A DNA stretch of 64,000 nt. Source: Patescibacteria group bacterium (GTDB taxonomy: Bacteria > Patescibacteriota > Minisyncoccia > JACQLN01). The notes beneath the pieces are model-generated. The model searched no databases. It was not told the origin of the DNA and saw only the letters and a list, made by a program, of their open reading frames with translations. The position numbers and the translations under genes were made by a program. The stretch is from positions 84,713 to 148,712 of the forward strand of contig JBBTRR010000006.1 of NCBI GenBank assembly GCA_038065095.1. Reading direction: 5' to 3'. Shown here piece by piece: positions 50,083-61,297 of the stretch; position 1 is the first letter of the stretch; every line of letters begins with the position of its first letter.

Positions 50083-50107
50083 GCTTACGATCGTAAGCTC
50101 AAGACAC
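50074..50107. repeat. Perfect 34-bp palindrome containing the stop codon
   Basis: gtgtcttgagcttacgatcgtaagctcaagacac; 20-bp core identical to the 49431 copy. Confidence 0.95.
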
Positions 50108-50218
50108 TGATATGTATATATTAATTACATATCAATAACTGACTTTAAAATAAAATATTGGCGTTACGTAGTACCAGTGATACAATTAAAACAATTATTA
50201 ACTAGCAACTATAAATAA

Positions 50219-53200
50219 ATGTCTTTAGAAAATAATGCCGAAAAATCTAAAAACTCTTTAGGTGATGCTCTATCGCCAGAAGCCTTGGAAGGAATGCAAG
50301 AACAGGCAGAAACTAACTTGAAAGCAAAATTAGAAGAACTAAGAATGGCGGTAGAAGAAGATATAAACGCAACAAAAGAAGAAACAGGAGTTTTTAATTT
50401 TAAGGCATATCCCGAATATCTACGAATTCGATTTGGTCTCGATTCACTTTTAAGAGAAATAACGAACGGAACCCCTTCGGACGAAAATTTAAAAAGATAT
50501 TCGGAAGAATATAAAGAACTATCTAAACAACTTGTATCTGCCATAGAAAAAATTGAATCCGTAAGAGCAGAAAGTACCTCTCCGTCAACCGAGGTTAAAG
50601 CAGATAATCCAGAAATCGTTACACCCGAACCTCCAACCGAAACCGAACCCCCTGCTCAAACCCAAGAACCTGCAAAAGAAAAAAAGGCTCCTATGGTTCG
50701 GGAAACAAGAGATAAAGAAATAATAGAAAAAGTAGAAGCAGAATCTAAAGAAAAACAAATAGAACAGCTATCTTTAGCGATTGAAAGATTACACGACCAA
50801 AGATCTAAACTAGAAAGTATTTTAGCCAAACCAGATTTATCTGCAGATAAGAGAGGGTTGATTGGAAGAGCTATAAAAGAAACTGAACAACTATCAGAAA
50901 AAGCAAGTACACTAAAAAAGGATGAGGTCGTAAATCAAAACGAAATTGAAAGGCTTTGGGCTAGAGTTGAAAAAAACTTCGATATAATATCTGCTGAAAT
51001 AAATGAAATAACGATCCCACCAGAAAACTTGCCAATAGAATCATCGCCCGAAGGAGATCGTATGACTCAAGAGCTGGAACAGAGATTACGAGAAGCAAAA
51101 GAACCAGCAGAAAAAATGGATATAGACCTAGGAGAAAAAGCACCTAATAGGTTTGAGGTTTCCGAAGAAGCAAAAAGTTTAATTACCGAAATGGAACAAA
51201 CCAAAGACAAGCTAGACAAAATATTGCTTGAGGATTTTGATATACCTTCGGATCTTGGTGAACAATTAAATACCGAACAACGCAGATTAGGTGGTTTGAT
51301 TGAATTCCTTGCTAAAGATAATAGCCAAACTCTTTTAGATAAAGCTAGAGAGGAAATTAAAATTGCGCAAAAAGCTATTGAAAAGTACAAAGCGCAACCA
51401 GCAGAAAAAATGGATTTAAATCTTGAGGTAAAAGAACTCCTTTCTCCTCCCCCGCTTTTTGAGATTACTCCAGAAGAAAAAAGACACGAAGAAAGGCTTA
51501 AACTTCAACAGTTAGTTAACGAAGCTTTCAAGCTGTACCAAGAAAATTTAAACACTAGAGACAGCGGTGATCCTAAAAAAGCTTCCGATGATTTAGTTAG
51601 AGAAGCTGTTAGCTATTTGATTGATAAAGCAGTTGCCAATGGAATTTTAGAATCTAAAGAAGCTGTAACAGAACTTAAAAGAAAAATAATTGAATCGCAA
51701 GGGTCAAAAGAAGATGAGATTAGGGATAATACACCTTTTGATAAAGCAAACTTTCCACTTTTAGCAGAAGAAGAAGCGCATAATGAGAATGAAAATAGAG
51801 ATGCCAGTAAATCGGCTAAAGGAGAAATTCCAAAAGAATTAATAAAACCAAAACTTGAAGAAAAAGAACCTTCAACTCAAGAATTATCCCCAGAAGAAAA
51901 AACTAAGGCTAAAGAAATAGCTAAAGAGCTTTTTAAGTTACATCAAGAATTGTCTCAAAATGAAAAAACAGATACGGATATGTTTTTTGTTTCCAATGAA
52001 ATAGACAAAAAAGTGAAAGAAATGGCTCCTGACAATGAAAAACTCCAAAGTGAAATCCTCCAGGAATTACTTAATATGCTCGATCATCGAGAAGACGTAG
52101 AAAGTGAAAATAGGAGCGCTAACTTTTCTGAAGGAGAAATTCCGAAAGAAGTTATAGATGCACTTAATAAAGTAGAAACCATAGAAGACGTAGAAAAACT
52201 ACCCGAAGAAACTAAAGAAAAAATGGCTAAAGGTTTTGAAACTTGGGACTTAAGGGTAGACGCATTTAAAGATAAGCAGTGGTCCAACATATTCAGAGGC
52301 GTTTCTAAGTTGTTTAAAGAAGGTGGCGATGAAAATCGCTTGTTTGTAAATATAAAAAATAGCTTCTTACGTAGCCGCGAAAAATCAAAAGAGAAAATAG
52401 AAAATATTACCGACGGAAAAATGGCCAAAGCCACAAGCGCATTTATGTTAGCTGGAAATGTTTTACGTTATGGCAGAGGCATAATGGACGCCACGGGAAT
52501 GAGTGTGGTTAACCCGTTAAAATGGGTTACTTGGGGTTCTATGGCTTTATCTAGATTCGGCGAAGGCGTAAAAGAATTAGGCGCGGAACAAGCAACAAAA
52601 GAAAGCTTGCTAGACCAAGAAGAAGCTTTTGCTCAGGCTATTAAAATATATGAAAAAGCTGGTGGAACTTACAGCACAGAAGAAGGTGGTAAAGGTACCA
52701 CTAGAACAGCCTTAAAAACTGCTTACTACCAAGATGTTCCAAAAGATTTAATAAGGCGTTTAGAATCTAGAACTCCCGACGAAAAAAGAACAACACTGGA
52801 AAAGTTTTCCGAAAATTTAATGAATTTTCGTGTAGAAAAATCTATAAGAAACACCCAAAAAAAATTAGAAGAAATAGAAAAAAGTTCCTTAACCGAAGCA
52901 GAAAAAGAACAAAAAAGAACCGAGGTTATTAAAAAATATGAAACACTCTTAAGAGACTACGACAGAATAATAGACGAAAACGGACAAATAAATATACTAG
53001 CCATGGTCGGCAAAAGAATGGAAAGTATAAGTAAATATGTTGTTACAGCTATGACGCTAGAAACCTTAGCCGAACTTCCTTTTGCCGTTGAAAAAATGTG
53101 GGATCACGCCTCGCAAATTTTAGGTCAGCACACTGAAGCCGATACCGCTGCCGCTTTTCAAGCACTTGAATCTCAAATAGGTATAAATTCCGCAGACGGG

Positions 53201-54397
53201 TTAGATAAAACTGAAATTTTACAAGTAACTAAAGCAATAAAAGATCTTGAAGGTGCTGGATATTCAGATCAAGCTGAATCAGTTAGAGAACATTATGCAC
53301 CTATAATGGCGGAGATATTAGGACAAAGCTCAAACACAACAACAACCGAAGTTCCAACTGGCTTAACCAAAACAGAAGTTGAAGAAACTATAAAAACAAT
53401 AAACAACCTTAAAACTTCCGAGCCTGAAAGAGCTAAAGGATTATTAGAATTTTATGCCAATAGTAAAGTTGAAGGCTCTAACTTACCTTTTAAAGATTTT
53501 GTCGAACATCCAGAAAAATTACAAGATATTAAGGTTGGTGCTGTTATTGGAGAAGCGTTAAAACCTTTCCGTTTTGAAAACCCAATAGCTGGCAATCAAG
53601 ATTCTATTTGGTTCTCTACCGAACAAAGTTTTAGAATGAATCCAGATCGCTTTGGTTACGATGCTTCTAAAGATGGTTCTGTAAACGAATGGGCTAAACA
53701 CAAAACTGCCGAAGCCCTTAAAGAATTAGCCGATAAAAAATTCGGCGGTAAAATGCCCGACCTTGTTCACGATGGCGACAAAGTTATTGTGGAAATAGAC
53801 ACCGATGGCAAAGCTCACGTAAATTTTGAAAATTCTTCTGGCATGCCTGCTGGCAATTTACCAGAAAAACCTGCTTTAGAAATTGGAAAACCAGAAACAC
53901 AATCTGTTGAACAAGCTTGGCAAAATGCACCCACAGATTCCCGCGATGCTATTGTGCGCCAATTTATTACCAAAGAAATGGCCACGCCAGAATATCAAGC
54001 TGGAAATTTTCCTAAGCCAAACGCAGAAAGAATAGAAACTTATGCCAAAATGTTTAGAGGTGAATGGGATAAAATAGACACCCCAGAAAAACTAGCTCAA
54101 TCTTTATTTGAATTTGATAATAGAGTTAAAGAATATACTGCTTTAATCTTGGGAGGTAAATTCGATAAAAATATTGATCCTGTATCTTTCCAACAACTTA
54201 AAGCAAATATATTTCCTATTGAAGGCAAAAGTGGAAAATTATATTTTACTCAATTTGTAGACGAAGGCAAATGGCAATTATTCCAACAAGATGCCCAAGG
54301 CATTACTAAACAACTAGACCGCAAAAAAGGATTCCTTGGAGGCAAAACACAGGTGTTTGATACCATGCATGTTAGAAAGTTTTTGAGAGGTCACTAA
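50219..54397 (+). CDS. Large acidic coiled-coil hypothetical protein
   Basis: 1392-aa E/K-rich ORF; no family recognised. Confidence 0.8.
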   Translation: MSLENNAEKSKNSLGDALSPEALEGMQEQAETNLKAKLEELRMAVEEDINATKEETGVFNFKAYPEYLRIRFGLDSLLREITNGTPSDENLKRYSEEYKELSKQLVSAIEKIESVRAESTSPSTEVKADNPEIVTPEPPTETEPPAQTQEPAKEKKAPMVRETRDKEIIEKVEAESKEKQIEQLSLAIERLHDQRSKLESILAKPDLSADKRGLIGRAIKETEQLSEKASTLKKDEVVNQNEIERLWARVEKNFDIISAEINEITIPPENLPIESSPEGDRMTQELEQRLREAKEPAEKMDIDLGEKAPNRFEVSEEAKSLITEMEQTKDKLDKILLEDFDIPSDLGEQLNTEQRRLGGLIEFLAKDNSQTLLDKAREEIKIAQKAIEKYKAQPAEKMDLNLEVKELLSPPPLFEITPEEKRHEERLKLQQLVNEAFKLYQENLNTRDSGDPKKASDDLVREAVSYLIDKAVANGILESKEAVTELKRKIIESQGSKEDEIRDNTPFDKANFPLLAEEEAHNENENRDASKSAKGEIPKELIKPKLEEKEPSTQELSPEEKTKAKEIAKELFKLHQELSQNEKTDTDMFFVSNEIDKKVKEMAPDNEKLQSEILQELLNMLDHREDVESENRSANFSEGEIPKEVIDALNKVETIEDVEKLPEETKEKMAKGFETWDLRVDAFKDKQWSNIFRGVSKLFKEGGDENRLFVNIKNSFLRSREKSKEKIENITDGKMAKATSAFMLAGNVLRYGRGIMDATGMSVVNPLKWVTWGSMALSRFGEGVKELGAEQATKESLLDQEEAFAQAIKIYEKAGGTYSTEEGGKGTTRTALKTAYYQDVPKDLIRRLESRTPDEKRTTLEKFSENLMNFRVEKSIRNTQKKLEEIEKSSLTEAEKEQKRTEVIKKYETLLRDYDRIIDENGQINILAMVGKRMESISKYVVTAMTLETLAELPFAVEKMWDHASQILGQHTEADTAAAFQALESQIGINSADGLDKTEILQVTKAIKDLEGAGYSDQAESVREHYAPIMAEILGQSSNTTTTEVPTGLTKTEVEETIKTINNLKTSEPERAKGLLEFYANSKVEGSNLPFKDFVEHPEKLQDIKVGAVIGEALKPFRFENPIAGNQDSIWFSTEQSFRMNPDRFGYDASKDGSVNEWAKHKTAEALKELADKKFGGKMPDLVHDGDKVIVEIDTDGKAHVNFENSSGMPAGNLPEKPALEIGKPETQSVEQAWQNAPTDSRDAIVRQFITKEMATPEYQAGNFPKPNAERIETYAKMFRGEWDKIDTPEKLAQSLFEFDNRVKEYTALILGGKFDKNIDPVSFQQLKANIFPIEGKSGKLYFTQFVDEGKWQLFQQDAQGITKQLDRKKGFLGGKTQVFDTMHVRKFLRGH

Positions 54398-54478
54398 TTA
54401 AAAAGGATCGTCCTTTTTAATGTTTGGATTAAAATAGACCCCCACACTCTTTGAGTGTGGGGGTTGTTCTGCAAGTTG

Positions 54479-54964
54479 TTATCTCCAAAAAAATCCTTTC
54501 CGTTGCTTTCCAGCGGAGCTGGCGACTTTTTTGTCGCTGATATTAGCCACCGCTTTGTGATCATCGAAGGCCTCGCGGAGAAGCTGAAGCTCACTCTCGG
54601 TAAAATCGGATTTTTGAGCAGTAATCTTGACGACCTGCTCAATCTTCTTCAGCTCGCCTACGGAAACCATGGACTTCTGAACATTGGACATCGCAATGCG
54701 CATGACCCTGACCGAATCGGCCAATGTTTTGGCCTGATTCATCAATTCCGCTTGCACATCGGTCCGGAGAATACTGTCGGCCTTGGATGCCGCCAAGACC
54801 AAACTGTCCTGCCTTGCGATGAGAAGGCTGTCTCCATGGAGCATATCCTGATAGACCAACTGCAGATCCACCGACAGATCAGGCGGAGTCCTGATGATGG
54901 CTACCAAAGCCAGTAAAATCGCTACCCCACTGATGATCCAGTTCGCATAAGCTTTCATAATCAA
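54479..54964 (-). CDS. Hypothetical protein with N-terminal TM and coiled coil
   Basis: AAAGGA Shine-Dalgarno, upstream TTGACA promoter, terminator at about 54438-54465; GC-richer than its neighbours. Confidence 0.65.
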   Translation of the reverse strand: MIMKAYANWIISGVAILLALVAIIRTPPDLSVDLQLVYQDMLHGDSLLIARQDSLVLAASKADSILRTDVQAELMNQAKTLADSVRVMRIAMSNVQKSMVSVGELKKIEQVVKITAQKSDFTESELQLLREAFDDHKAVANISDKKVASSAGKQRKGFFWR

Positions 54965-55109
54965 ATCCTTTCTGTAAAGTTAGAAAGCAAACTACATGAT
55001 TTTTTAGAACTGTCTGTAGTATAGCACATAGCCTATATCTATGTCAAGCCAGCTTAACTAGCCAATAAACAACCCGCTCCAGTACTAGACCAAAACAGGA
55101 TTGCGTAAA

Positions 55110-55568
55110 CTAAGGTTCTACCCTACTTCTTTTTTCCCATATATAACTGATAAAAGAACTTGTATCAGGAGGCGTAGCAACAGAATCAGGTGGGATCACA
55201 GGTAATTTTTTGCTTATAGTATCGGGCTTAGAAACACCCGAAACTACGGCGAGAGATTTTTCATTTTTGGATTTATCTACAACCACCTTTTTATTAGCAA
55301 GCAATTCTAAACGCAACTTACTATTCTCTGCTTTCAAAAAAATGTTATCGCGAGTCAAGTTAAAAATAGAATCACGCAAAGATAAAATAAATATTTCTTG
55401 CGTTTTAAACATCTCATCCATAAGCTTATACTCTGTATTTATTGAATCAGCCAAAGCCACAGCTTCATCCAACTTCAATTCCAAATCCTTAACCTTGGAA
55501 TCAAGGTCATTGCACGATACTACAAGAGCAAACAGGAAAATGAAACCAAAAACTTTTAGCACTTCCAT
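55110..55568 (-). CDS. Putative lipoprotein with coiled coil
   Basis: Hydrophobic N-terminus with LVVSC lipobox; AAGGAG Shine-Dalgarno. Confidence 0.65.
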   Translation of the reverse strand: MEVLKVFGFIFLFALVVSCNDLDSKVKDLELKLDEAVALADSINTEYKLMDEMFKTQEIFILSLRDSIFNLTRDNIFLKAENSKLRLELLANKKVVVDKSKNEKSLAVVSGVSKPDTISKKLPVIPPDSVATPPDTSSFISYIWEKRSRVEP

Positions 55569-55729
55569 GGTAATTCTCCTTGTTTAAGTTAGATTAGAAA
55601 GGACTAATCAGTTTTTAGCACAATAAAATAACTTAGTCAAACGTAACTATAAACCACGATCGTGAATAGAGTTACTAATAATTTGGTTTAGAAATATAAA
55701 ACAGGCACGTGTTTATGTGCCTGTTAAAA

Positions 55730-56083
55730 CTACTTCTCTTGTAGCCTTTCCCGAAGCTCCCTCACCTTTTTTGCTTCAGGAGATTCGGCTTTCGTTTTTG
55801 AAACACCAGAATCCTCACCAACCATAACAGATATCGTAGCTGTTTTATGGCTAGAAAGAAAATAGTAAACAGTGAGTATGCCTGTCAAAAAAAGACAGAC
55901 AACAACCGCAATTAGAATATGCGTTATGTTGTAACTCACTACAACCACTTTCTTTTTGATTCTGGGTTTTTTCAGGAGAGCTTCCAAATCCCTTTTGCTT
56001 TCCTCAAAAAAATCTTCCAAAGGCTTTAGGGAATTTGAATCATCCTTGTTCTTCCTTGAAATTCTTTCAAAAATTCCTCCCAT
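55730..56083 (-). CDS. Hypothetical single-TM protein
   Basis: ORF with a central hydrophobic segment; hairpin terminator at about 55699-55724. Confidence 0.55.
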   Translation of the reverse strand: MGGIFERISRKNKDDSNSLKPLEDFFEESKRDLEALLKKPRIKKKVVVVSYNITHILIAVVVCLFLTGILTVYYFLSSHKTATISVMVGEDSGVSKTKAESPEAKKVRELRERLQEK

Positions 56084-56098
56084 GGTAAACCATCCTGT

Positions 56099-56497
56099 TT
56101 ATGTGGTACTCACAGGAGTTTCCTGACGACTAGGTTCGCCATTCCTGCTCGGCAAAGTCGCCGACGTCTGAAGAGGAGTAGTAACTTCTCTTGCACCAGT
56201 GCCAGCTTCTATGGGCAATATCTTTGTGCCGCTACTAATCGCAAGATCCACAGTTGCATTCATAGCTTCAAAAGACGATTCTTCATCTAGTTGCCTTTGT
56301 TGCTCTTGCATATAGCGCACGTACTGATAAATATATACGATCATTCGCATATGAAGTTCTAGTGTTTTAAGAACGATACGCCGAAAAGTACGAGACGCTC
56401 CCGTAGCTTCTTTGCCTTCCTCATCTAACTTGCCCATCAAACTATCGGCAGACATTTTCATCTGATCGAAGTTTTCCTGACTCTTCTTTGATGCCAT
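56099..56497 (-). CDS. Hypothetical protein
   Basis: AAAGGAG Shine-Dalgarno; TTGACC-17-TAATAT promoter upstream. Confidence 0.55.
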   Translation of the reverse strand: MASKKSQENFDQMKMSADSLMGKLDEEGKEATGASRTFRRIVLKTLELHMRMIVYIYQYVRYMQEQQRQLDEESSFEAMNATVDLAISSGTKILPIEAGTGAREVTTPLQTSATLPSRNGEPSRQETPVSTT

Positions 56498-56682
56498 TCC
56501 TGACTCCTTTGTGAGGGAAATAAAGTAATATATTAAAAGTGCTAAGTATAATATTAAAACATAAACAAAAAAAGGTCAACTAGGCATTGTGGTTCAATAC
56601 CTTGGCTGACCTTTTCTGATTTTAACAGCAAACCCCACATATAAAATTTATATGTGGGGTAAAAAACTCCGTTTCAAAAAAT

Positions 56683-56797
56683 TGGGCACTGACCTACTCT
56701 TCCAGACCATCAAGGATCTAGTACCATTGGCGCTAATGCGTTTCACTTCTCTGTTCGAAATGGGAAGAGGTGGGACCACATTGCTCAAAGCACCCAA
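56683..56797 (-). rRNA. rrf: 5S rRNA
   Basis: Reverse complement contains CCACCTCTTCCCATTTCGAACAGAGAAGTGAAAC and GAAGAGTAGGTCAGTGCC; enclosed by a processing stem. Confidence 0.9.
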
Positions 56798-57276
56798 ATT
56801 TTTGAAACGGAGCCTTCGTCTTTTAGAAGTAAGTTGCCAAAAGACAACCTACTTCTAAAAATGAAGTATAAAAACTGAATAACATTTAAAACGACATCAC
56901 AAAATCTTTAATCACAAACCCTTCTTCGCCCAGTAACGTACATTCGTATGCGTTACTGGGCTACGAAGGGCAAGTTGCGATCTTAGTGCTTTCGTGAACA
57001 TGCTCGATTAGTACTCCTCGACTGAACACCTTACGGTGCTTACATCTAGAGCCTATCAACCTAGTCATCTTCTAGGGAGCTACGAGATCTAATCTTGAGG
57101 GAGGCTTCGCGCTTATATGCTTTCAGCGCTTATCCCGTCCGAACGCCGCTACTCAGCACTGCCACTGACGTGACAACTGATACACGGGAGGTTCGTTCCT
57201 TCCGGTCCTCTCGTACTAGGAAGAACTCCTCTCAAATCTCTACGCCTGCAGCAGATAAGGACCAACCTGTCTCACG

Positions 57277-57962
57277 CATGTTAATCACCTATTACTAAGT
57301 GCATGGACTATACCACCCTCTCTATTTTAGAGAGGACCGACGTGTTAGCCTTCCAGTTTTAATTGGAAAACTCCGTTCTTGGCTAAAACCAAGAACAAGT
57401 CTCTACGGGGTCAATGTACGTACTTTGCGTTTCTTAGAATAATTTAATTCTCTGTAAGAATCTACTAATTTTAGTAGTAGTCTAAAATCTTTTTCTGTTT
57501 CTATCTTTGATTTTAAATCAATTATTTTAAGCATTAACTCAACTTGTTTATTTTTAAGAATTACAAATGGTTTAATGTAGATTAAAAATTCTTTTACATC
57601 ATCAATACGATTAATAACATATTCAAGAATTCCATCTTTTCTAATACGCAAATTACCACAACCAATCAGAGAACAAACTTCTTCGAACTTAGTTTTTCCT
57701 TTGGCCGATTGAAAGAAAACTATATACAAAGCTATTTGATAACCAAAACGATAACTCGTATTTGGTTTAGCTCGAACATAGATACTTCCATCGCCATCTA
57801 AAAAACCAGCGATATAAGCTTTTTTGATTGGTGAAAGTAATTTAAACATACACGACTTCCCTCGGTATTATCCTAACACACGACAGGTTAAATGTGCATT
57901 AGGACTTCACCGATATGAGTCGATTTGTGCATCTCAACATCGCTGTTGAGAGCCGCCTTCTG
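57277..57962 (-). mobile_element. Group I intron at the 23S site equivalent to L2593
   Basis: Exons AAACCGT|CGTGAGACAGG join to give the I-CreI-type site; 5' exon ends in U, intron ends in G. Confidence 0.9.
57403..57849 (-). CDS. Single-motif LAGLIDADG homing endonuclease (I-CreI-like)
   Basis: YIAGFLDGDGSIYVRAKPNTSYRFGYQI. Confidence 0.93.
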   Translation of the reverse strand: MFKLLSPIKKAYIAGFLDGDGSIYVRAKPNTSYRFGYQIALYIVFFQSAKGKTKFEEVCSLIGCGNLRIRKDGILEYVINRIDDVKEFLIYIKPFVILKNKQVELMLKIIDLKSKIETEKDFRLLLKLVDSYRELNYSKKRKVRTLTP

Positions 57963-58623
57963 ACGGTTTGAACCCAGCTCGCGTACCTTTTTAATGGGCG
58001 AACAGCCCAACCCTTGGAAGCTTCTCCACCTCCAGGATAAGGTGAGCCGACATCGAGGTGCCGAACAGTGTCGTCGATATGGACTCTTGGACACTACCAG
58101 CCTGTTATCCCCGGGGTAACTTTTATCAGTTGATCTCTGCGTTGTTCTAATACAGCGCATCGGTTCACTAACTTCCACTTTCGTGCTTGCGCGGCTCTTT
58201 GGCCTTGCAATCAAGCTGGCTTGTGCGTTTACACTATCGCGCCGATTTCCATCCGGCGCTAGCCAACCTTAATAAACTCCTCCGTTACTTTTTAGGAGGA
58301 AAGCGCCCCACTTAAACTGCCCGCCAGGCACTGTCTTTCACTGGTTTAGAGTGAAGTTAGTTTTAGTAATCTCTAAGGATGGTATCTCACTGACGACTCC
58401 ATTCCGACCAAAATCGAAACTTCAAAGTCTCCCATCTATGCTGCGCAAAAAGATCGCTAAAACAATACCAAGCTGCAGTAAAGCTCCCGGGGTCTTTCCG
58501 TCTTGCTGCAGGTACCCGGCATCTTTACCGGAATTGCCCGTTCATCGGGCTTTTCGTTGAGACAGTCCCCCAGTCATTACGCCTTTCGTGCGCGTGGGAA
58601 CTTACCCCACAAGGTATTTCGCT

Positions 58624-59332
58624 TAATTTTGTTATTCTCTTATTCCGTCTCTTGAATAAGAACTCTTGTTGTCGCCAACAAGTTCGGACTATATCTTCTC
58701 CGATCTAAAGCGGAGTCTAGCGTGTAGTCTCTGAGGATTCTAAAAATTGAGATTTCTTTTTTCTATTCATTTTTTCAATCAATTCAGCTATTTCTTTTGC
58801 TCCATTCAGACTTAAGTGTTCACCTTTCGCAATTTTATAAATTGCGATTTTAAATAAATCGAAATCCTTTTTTTTAAAAGTCTTCAATTTATTTATTTCG
58901 AAGAAAGGTATAATTTTTTCTTGTAAATCTTTAATGGAACGTATACAAAATCGGTAAATATTTTCTTTGTGATTATCGTGTCTACGATTCACAAATATAT
59001 TTCCACATTTAAAATATTTTTTAAATATTTTTAGTGCCGGCAAACTTTTTTCTCCTTGAGTTATTACAAACTCCGGAAAAATTTGCCAACCATTTTTTGT
59101 AGTTTTATTCCTAATAAAACTTACAGAAAAACAACCTTCTCCATCGGTAAACCCTGTAATCCAACTCTCAATCTTTAGCCTTTCCTGCTGATTGTCTGCA
59201 CCGAATACTTTTTCACTATGTTTTAATTCCATTTTTCTATGGAATAATTATACCATAGTAGTATCGGATTCTTAAGGATTCTATCCACAGATATTCCAGC
59301 ATATAGCTAGATTTTACTAAGGCAGCTCACCT
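58624..59332 (-). mobile_element. Group I intron at the 23S site equivalent to about L1931
   Basis: Interrupts CCTAAGGT|AGCGAAA; core elements AATCAGCAGG, CTCAGAGACTAC and AAGATATAGTCC are present. Confidence 0.88.
58717..59232 (-). CDS. LAGLIDADG homing endonuclease
   Basis: WITGFTDGEGCFSVSF...PEFVITQ; ORF ends overlap the ribozyme core (ADNQQERL, SSETTR). Confidence 0.92.
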   Translation of the reverse strand: MELKHSEKVFGADNQQERLKIESWITGFTDGEGCFSVSFIRNKTTKNGWQIFPEFVITQGEKSLPALKIFKKYFKCGNIFVNRRHDNHKENIYRFCIRSIKDLQEKIIPFFEINKLKTFKKKDFDLFKIAIYKIAKGEHLSLNGAKEIAELIEKMNRKKKSQFLESSETTR

Positions 59333-60617
59333 ACCTTAGGACAATTATAGTTATTGCCGTCGTTCATCGGTGCTTCGGGACTTAGCATATCAGGCGAACC
59401 CAACACACCTCATCCGTTAACATCCCGACACTGGACAGGCGTCAGCCCCTATACATCCTCTTACGAGTTAGCAGGGACCTGTGTTTTAGATAAACAGTTG
59501 CCAGGGGGTCGTTTGCTGCGGCCTCGCTTTCGCGAGGCAGGCCTTTTTGCGAACTTACGGCCGTTCTTTTGCCGAGTTCCTTAACGAAAATTCACCCGTT
59601 CGCCTTCGTCTACTCGACGTGCCTACCTGTTTCGGTTTTAGTACGGTCGTTTGCGACTTAATCTTAGAAGCTTTTCTAGAAAGATGGCTTTGTAAAATTG
59701 ACTTCCCCGAAGGAAAATCTTTGTTAGTATCTGCAGTTTGCTATTAAAAGCAGGGCTCCGGTTTTTCCAGGAACCAACCTTTGATACTAAAGCGTTAAAT
59801 TCAATAATACGCTCTACATACTCATCTTCGTCACTTCATCGAAATCGCAAACGGCAAATGAATATTAACATTTCATCCATCCCCGAGATCCGTACATTGG
59901 ATCTACAAGTTAGGACCGGCTAACCCTTGGTTGATTTACATTGCCAAGGAAACCTTAGGCTTTCGGCGATCCGATTTCTCATCGGATTTGCGATTACTAG
60001 GGCCAACATTCTCTCTTCCTAACGCTCCAGCTGTCCTCACGGATCAACCTTCACAGCGGTTAGGAATGCTCTTCTACCACGCCCTCCAACCGAAGTTGGA
60101 GGGCATTCGCACGTTCGGTATTAGACTTAGCCCCGTTAAATCTTCGGCGCATTCTCCCGTAGTAGAGTGGTGAGTTGTTACACACTCTTTAAAGGATGGC
60201 TACCTCTAAGCCAACCTTCCACCTGTTTAAGGAAGAACACAGCCTTTTCCACTTAGTCTAAATTTAGGGACCTTACATGGCGATCAGGATTCTTCTCCTC
60301 TCGACTATGGAGCTTAGCCCCCACAGTCTAACTGCCTTGATACTCACCGTGGTATTCGGAGTTTGTTTGGAACAGATAACTTGCGTCACCCAATCCCATT
60401 CAGTGCTCTACCCCCACGGCTAATTACAAAGCGCTAGTCCTAAAACTATTTCGAAGAGAACCAGCTATTACCAGGCTCGATAAGCTTTTCACTTCTACCC
60501 ACAGTTCATCCCCCAGTGTTGCGCGACTGGTGAGTACGGACCTCCACTCTCCTTTCGGAGAGCTTCATCCTGACCATGGGTAGCTCGCTCTGGCTTCGGG
60601 TCTTATGCACACCACCT

Positions 60618-60706
60618 TCAAACTAGCTTCTTAGCTGATTAGCTTCAAAAGCTTGTTAGGAAAATTCCTAAAAAGCTAAAAGCTAACGAAGCTAAAAAGC
60701 TGATTT
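60618..60706. other. 23S intervening insertion composed of AGCT-family repeat
   Basis: Non-rRNA stretch between conserved blocks; same units as the intergenic copies. Confidence 0.75.
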
Positions 60707-60814
60707 GTACGCCCTATTAAGACTCGGTTTCCCTATGCTTGCGTCTAACAAAAGACTTAAGCAAGCGATGTACATAAAGTCGTTGGCTCATTCTCCAAGA
60801 GGCACACCATCACC

Positions 60815-60924
60815 CACCACTGCACAGCAGTGGAAGCTCCAATATACAATAAACAAATTCCAAACATATTTTGTTTGTTATTTGTAATTTGTGTTTTGAA
60901 ATTTCCAGTGCTGTGCACTGGTAA
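60815..60924. other. 23S intervening hairpin (helix-25 region) with ACAA/TTGT repeat arms
   Basis: tgcacagcagtggaa...ttccagtgctgtgca stem enclosing the repeat arms. Confidence 0.75.
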
Positions 60925-60990
60925 GGGCTATGATTCTTTGTAGGTAATTGATTTCAGGTACTATTTCACCGCCCTTCCGGGCTACTTTTA

Positions 60991-61021
<31 letters not shown>

Positions 61022-61297
61022 ATCTCAAAAGGTATTTAGCTTTGGGAGTATAGTCCTCCCGGTTTCACCCGAAGTTGTCGTTCCTCGGGCTACTCAGGAA
61101 TGGATAAGAACTAAGAGTTAATTTTCGCTTACAGGACTATCACCTTTTATAGTTGCCCTTTCCAGGAGCATTCTGCTAACTAAAACTTGTGTCCTTGCTT
61201 ACGCATAATCCATCCTACAACCCCAACCGTTCAATATAGAAATACTGCCCGATTGGTTTGAGCTGCTCCCTGTTCGCTCGCCGCTACTAAGGGAATA

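Noticed and set aside
47410-50107. CRISPR-Cas locus (Cas4-like and Cas2-like genes)
   Set aside because: No repeat-spacer array and no cas1; both families commonly occur alone.
54455-54916. 153-aa plus-strand ORF
   Set aside because: Antisense to 54479-54964, which has the Shine-Dalgarno site, promoter and TM signal.
56652-60887. Short ORFs overlapping 5S/23S (56652, 57095, 57888, 58351, 59354, 59547, 59738, 59931, 60705)
   Set aside because: Spurious frames within rRNA sequence.
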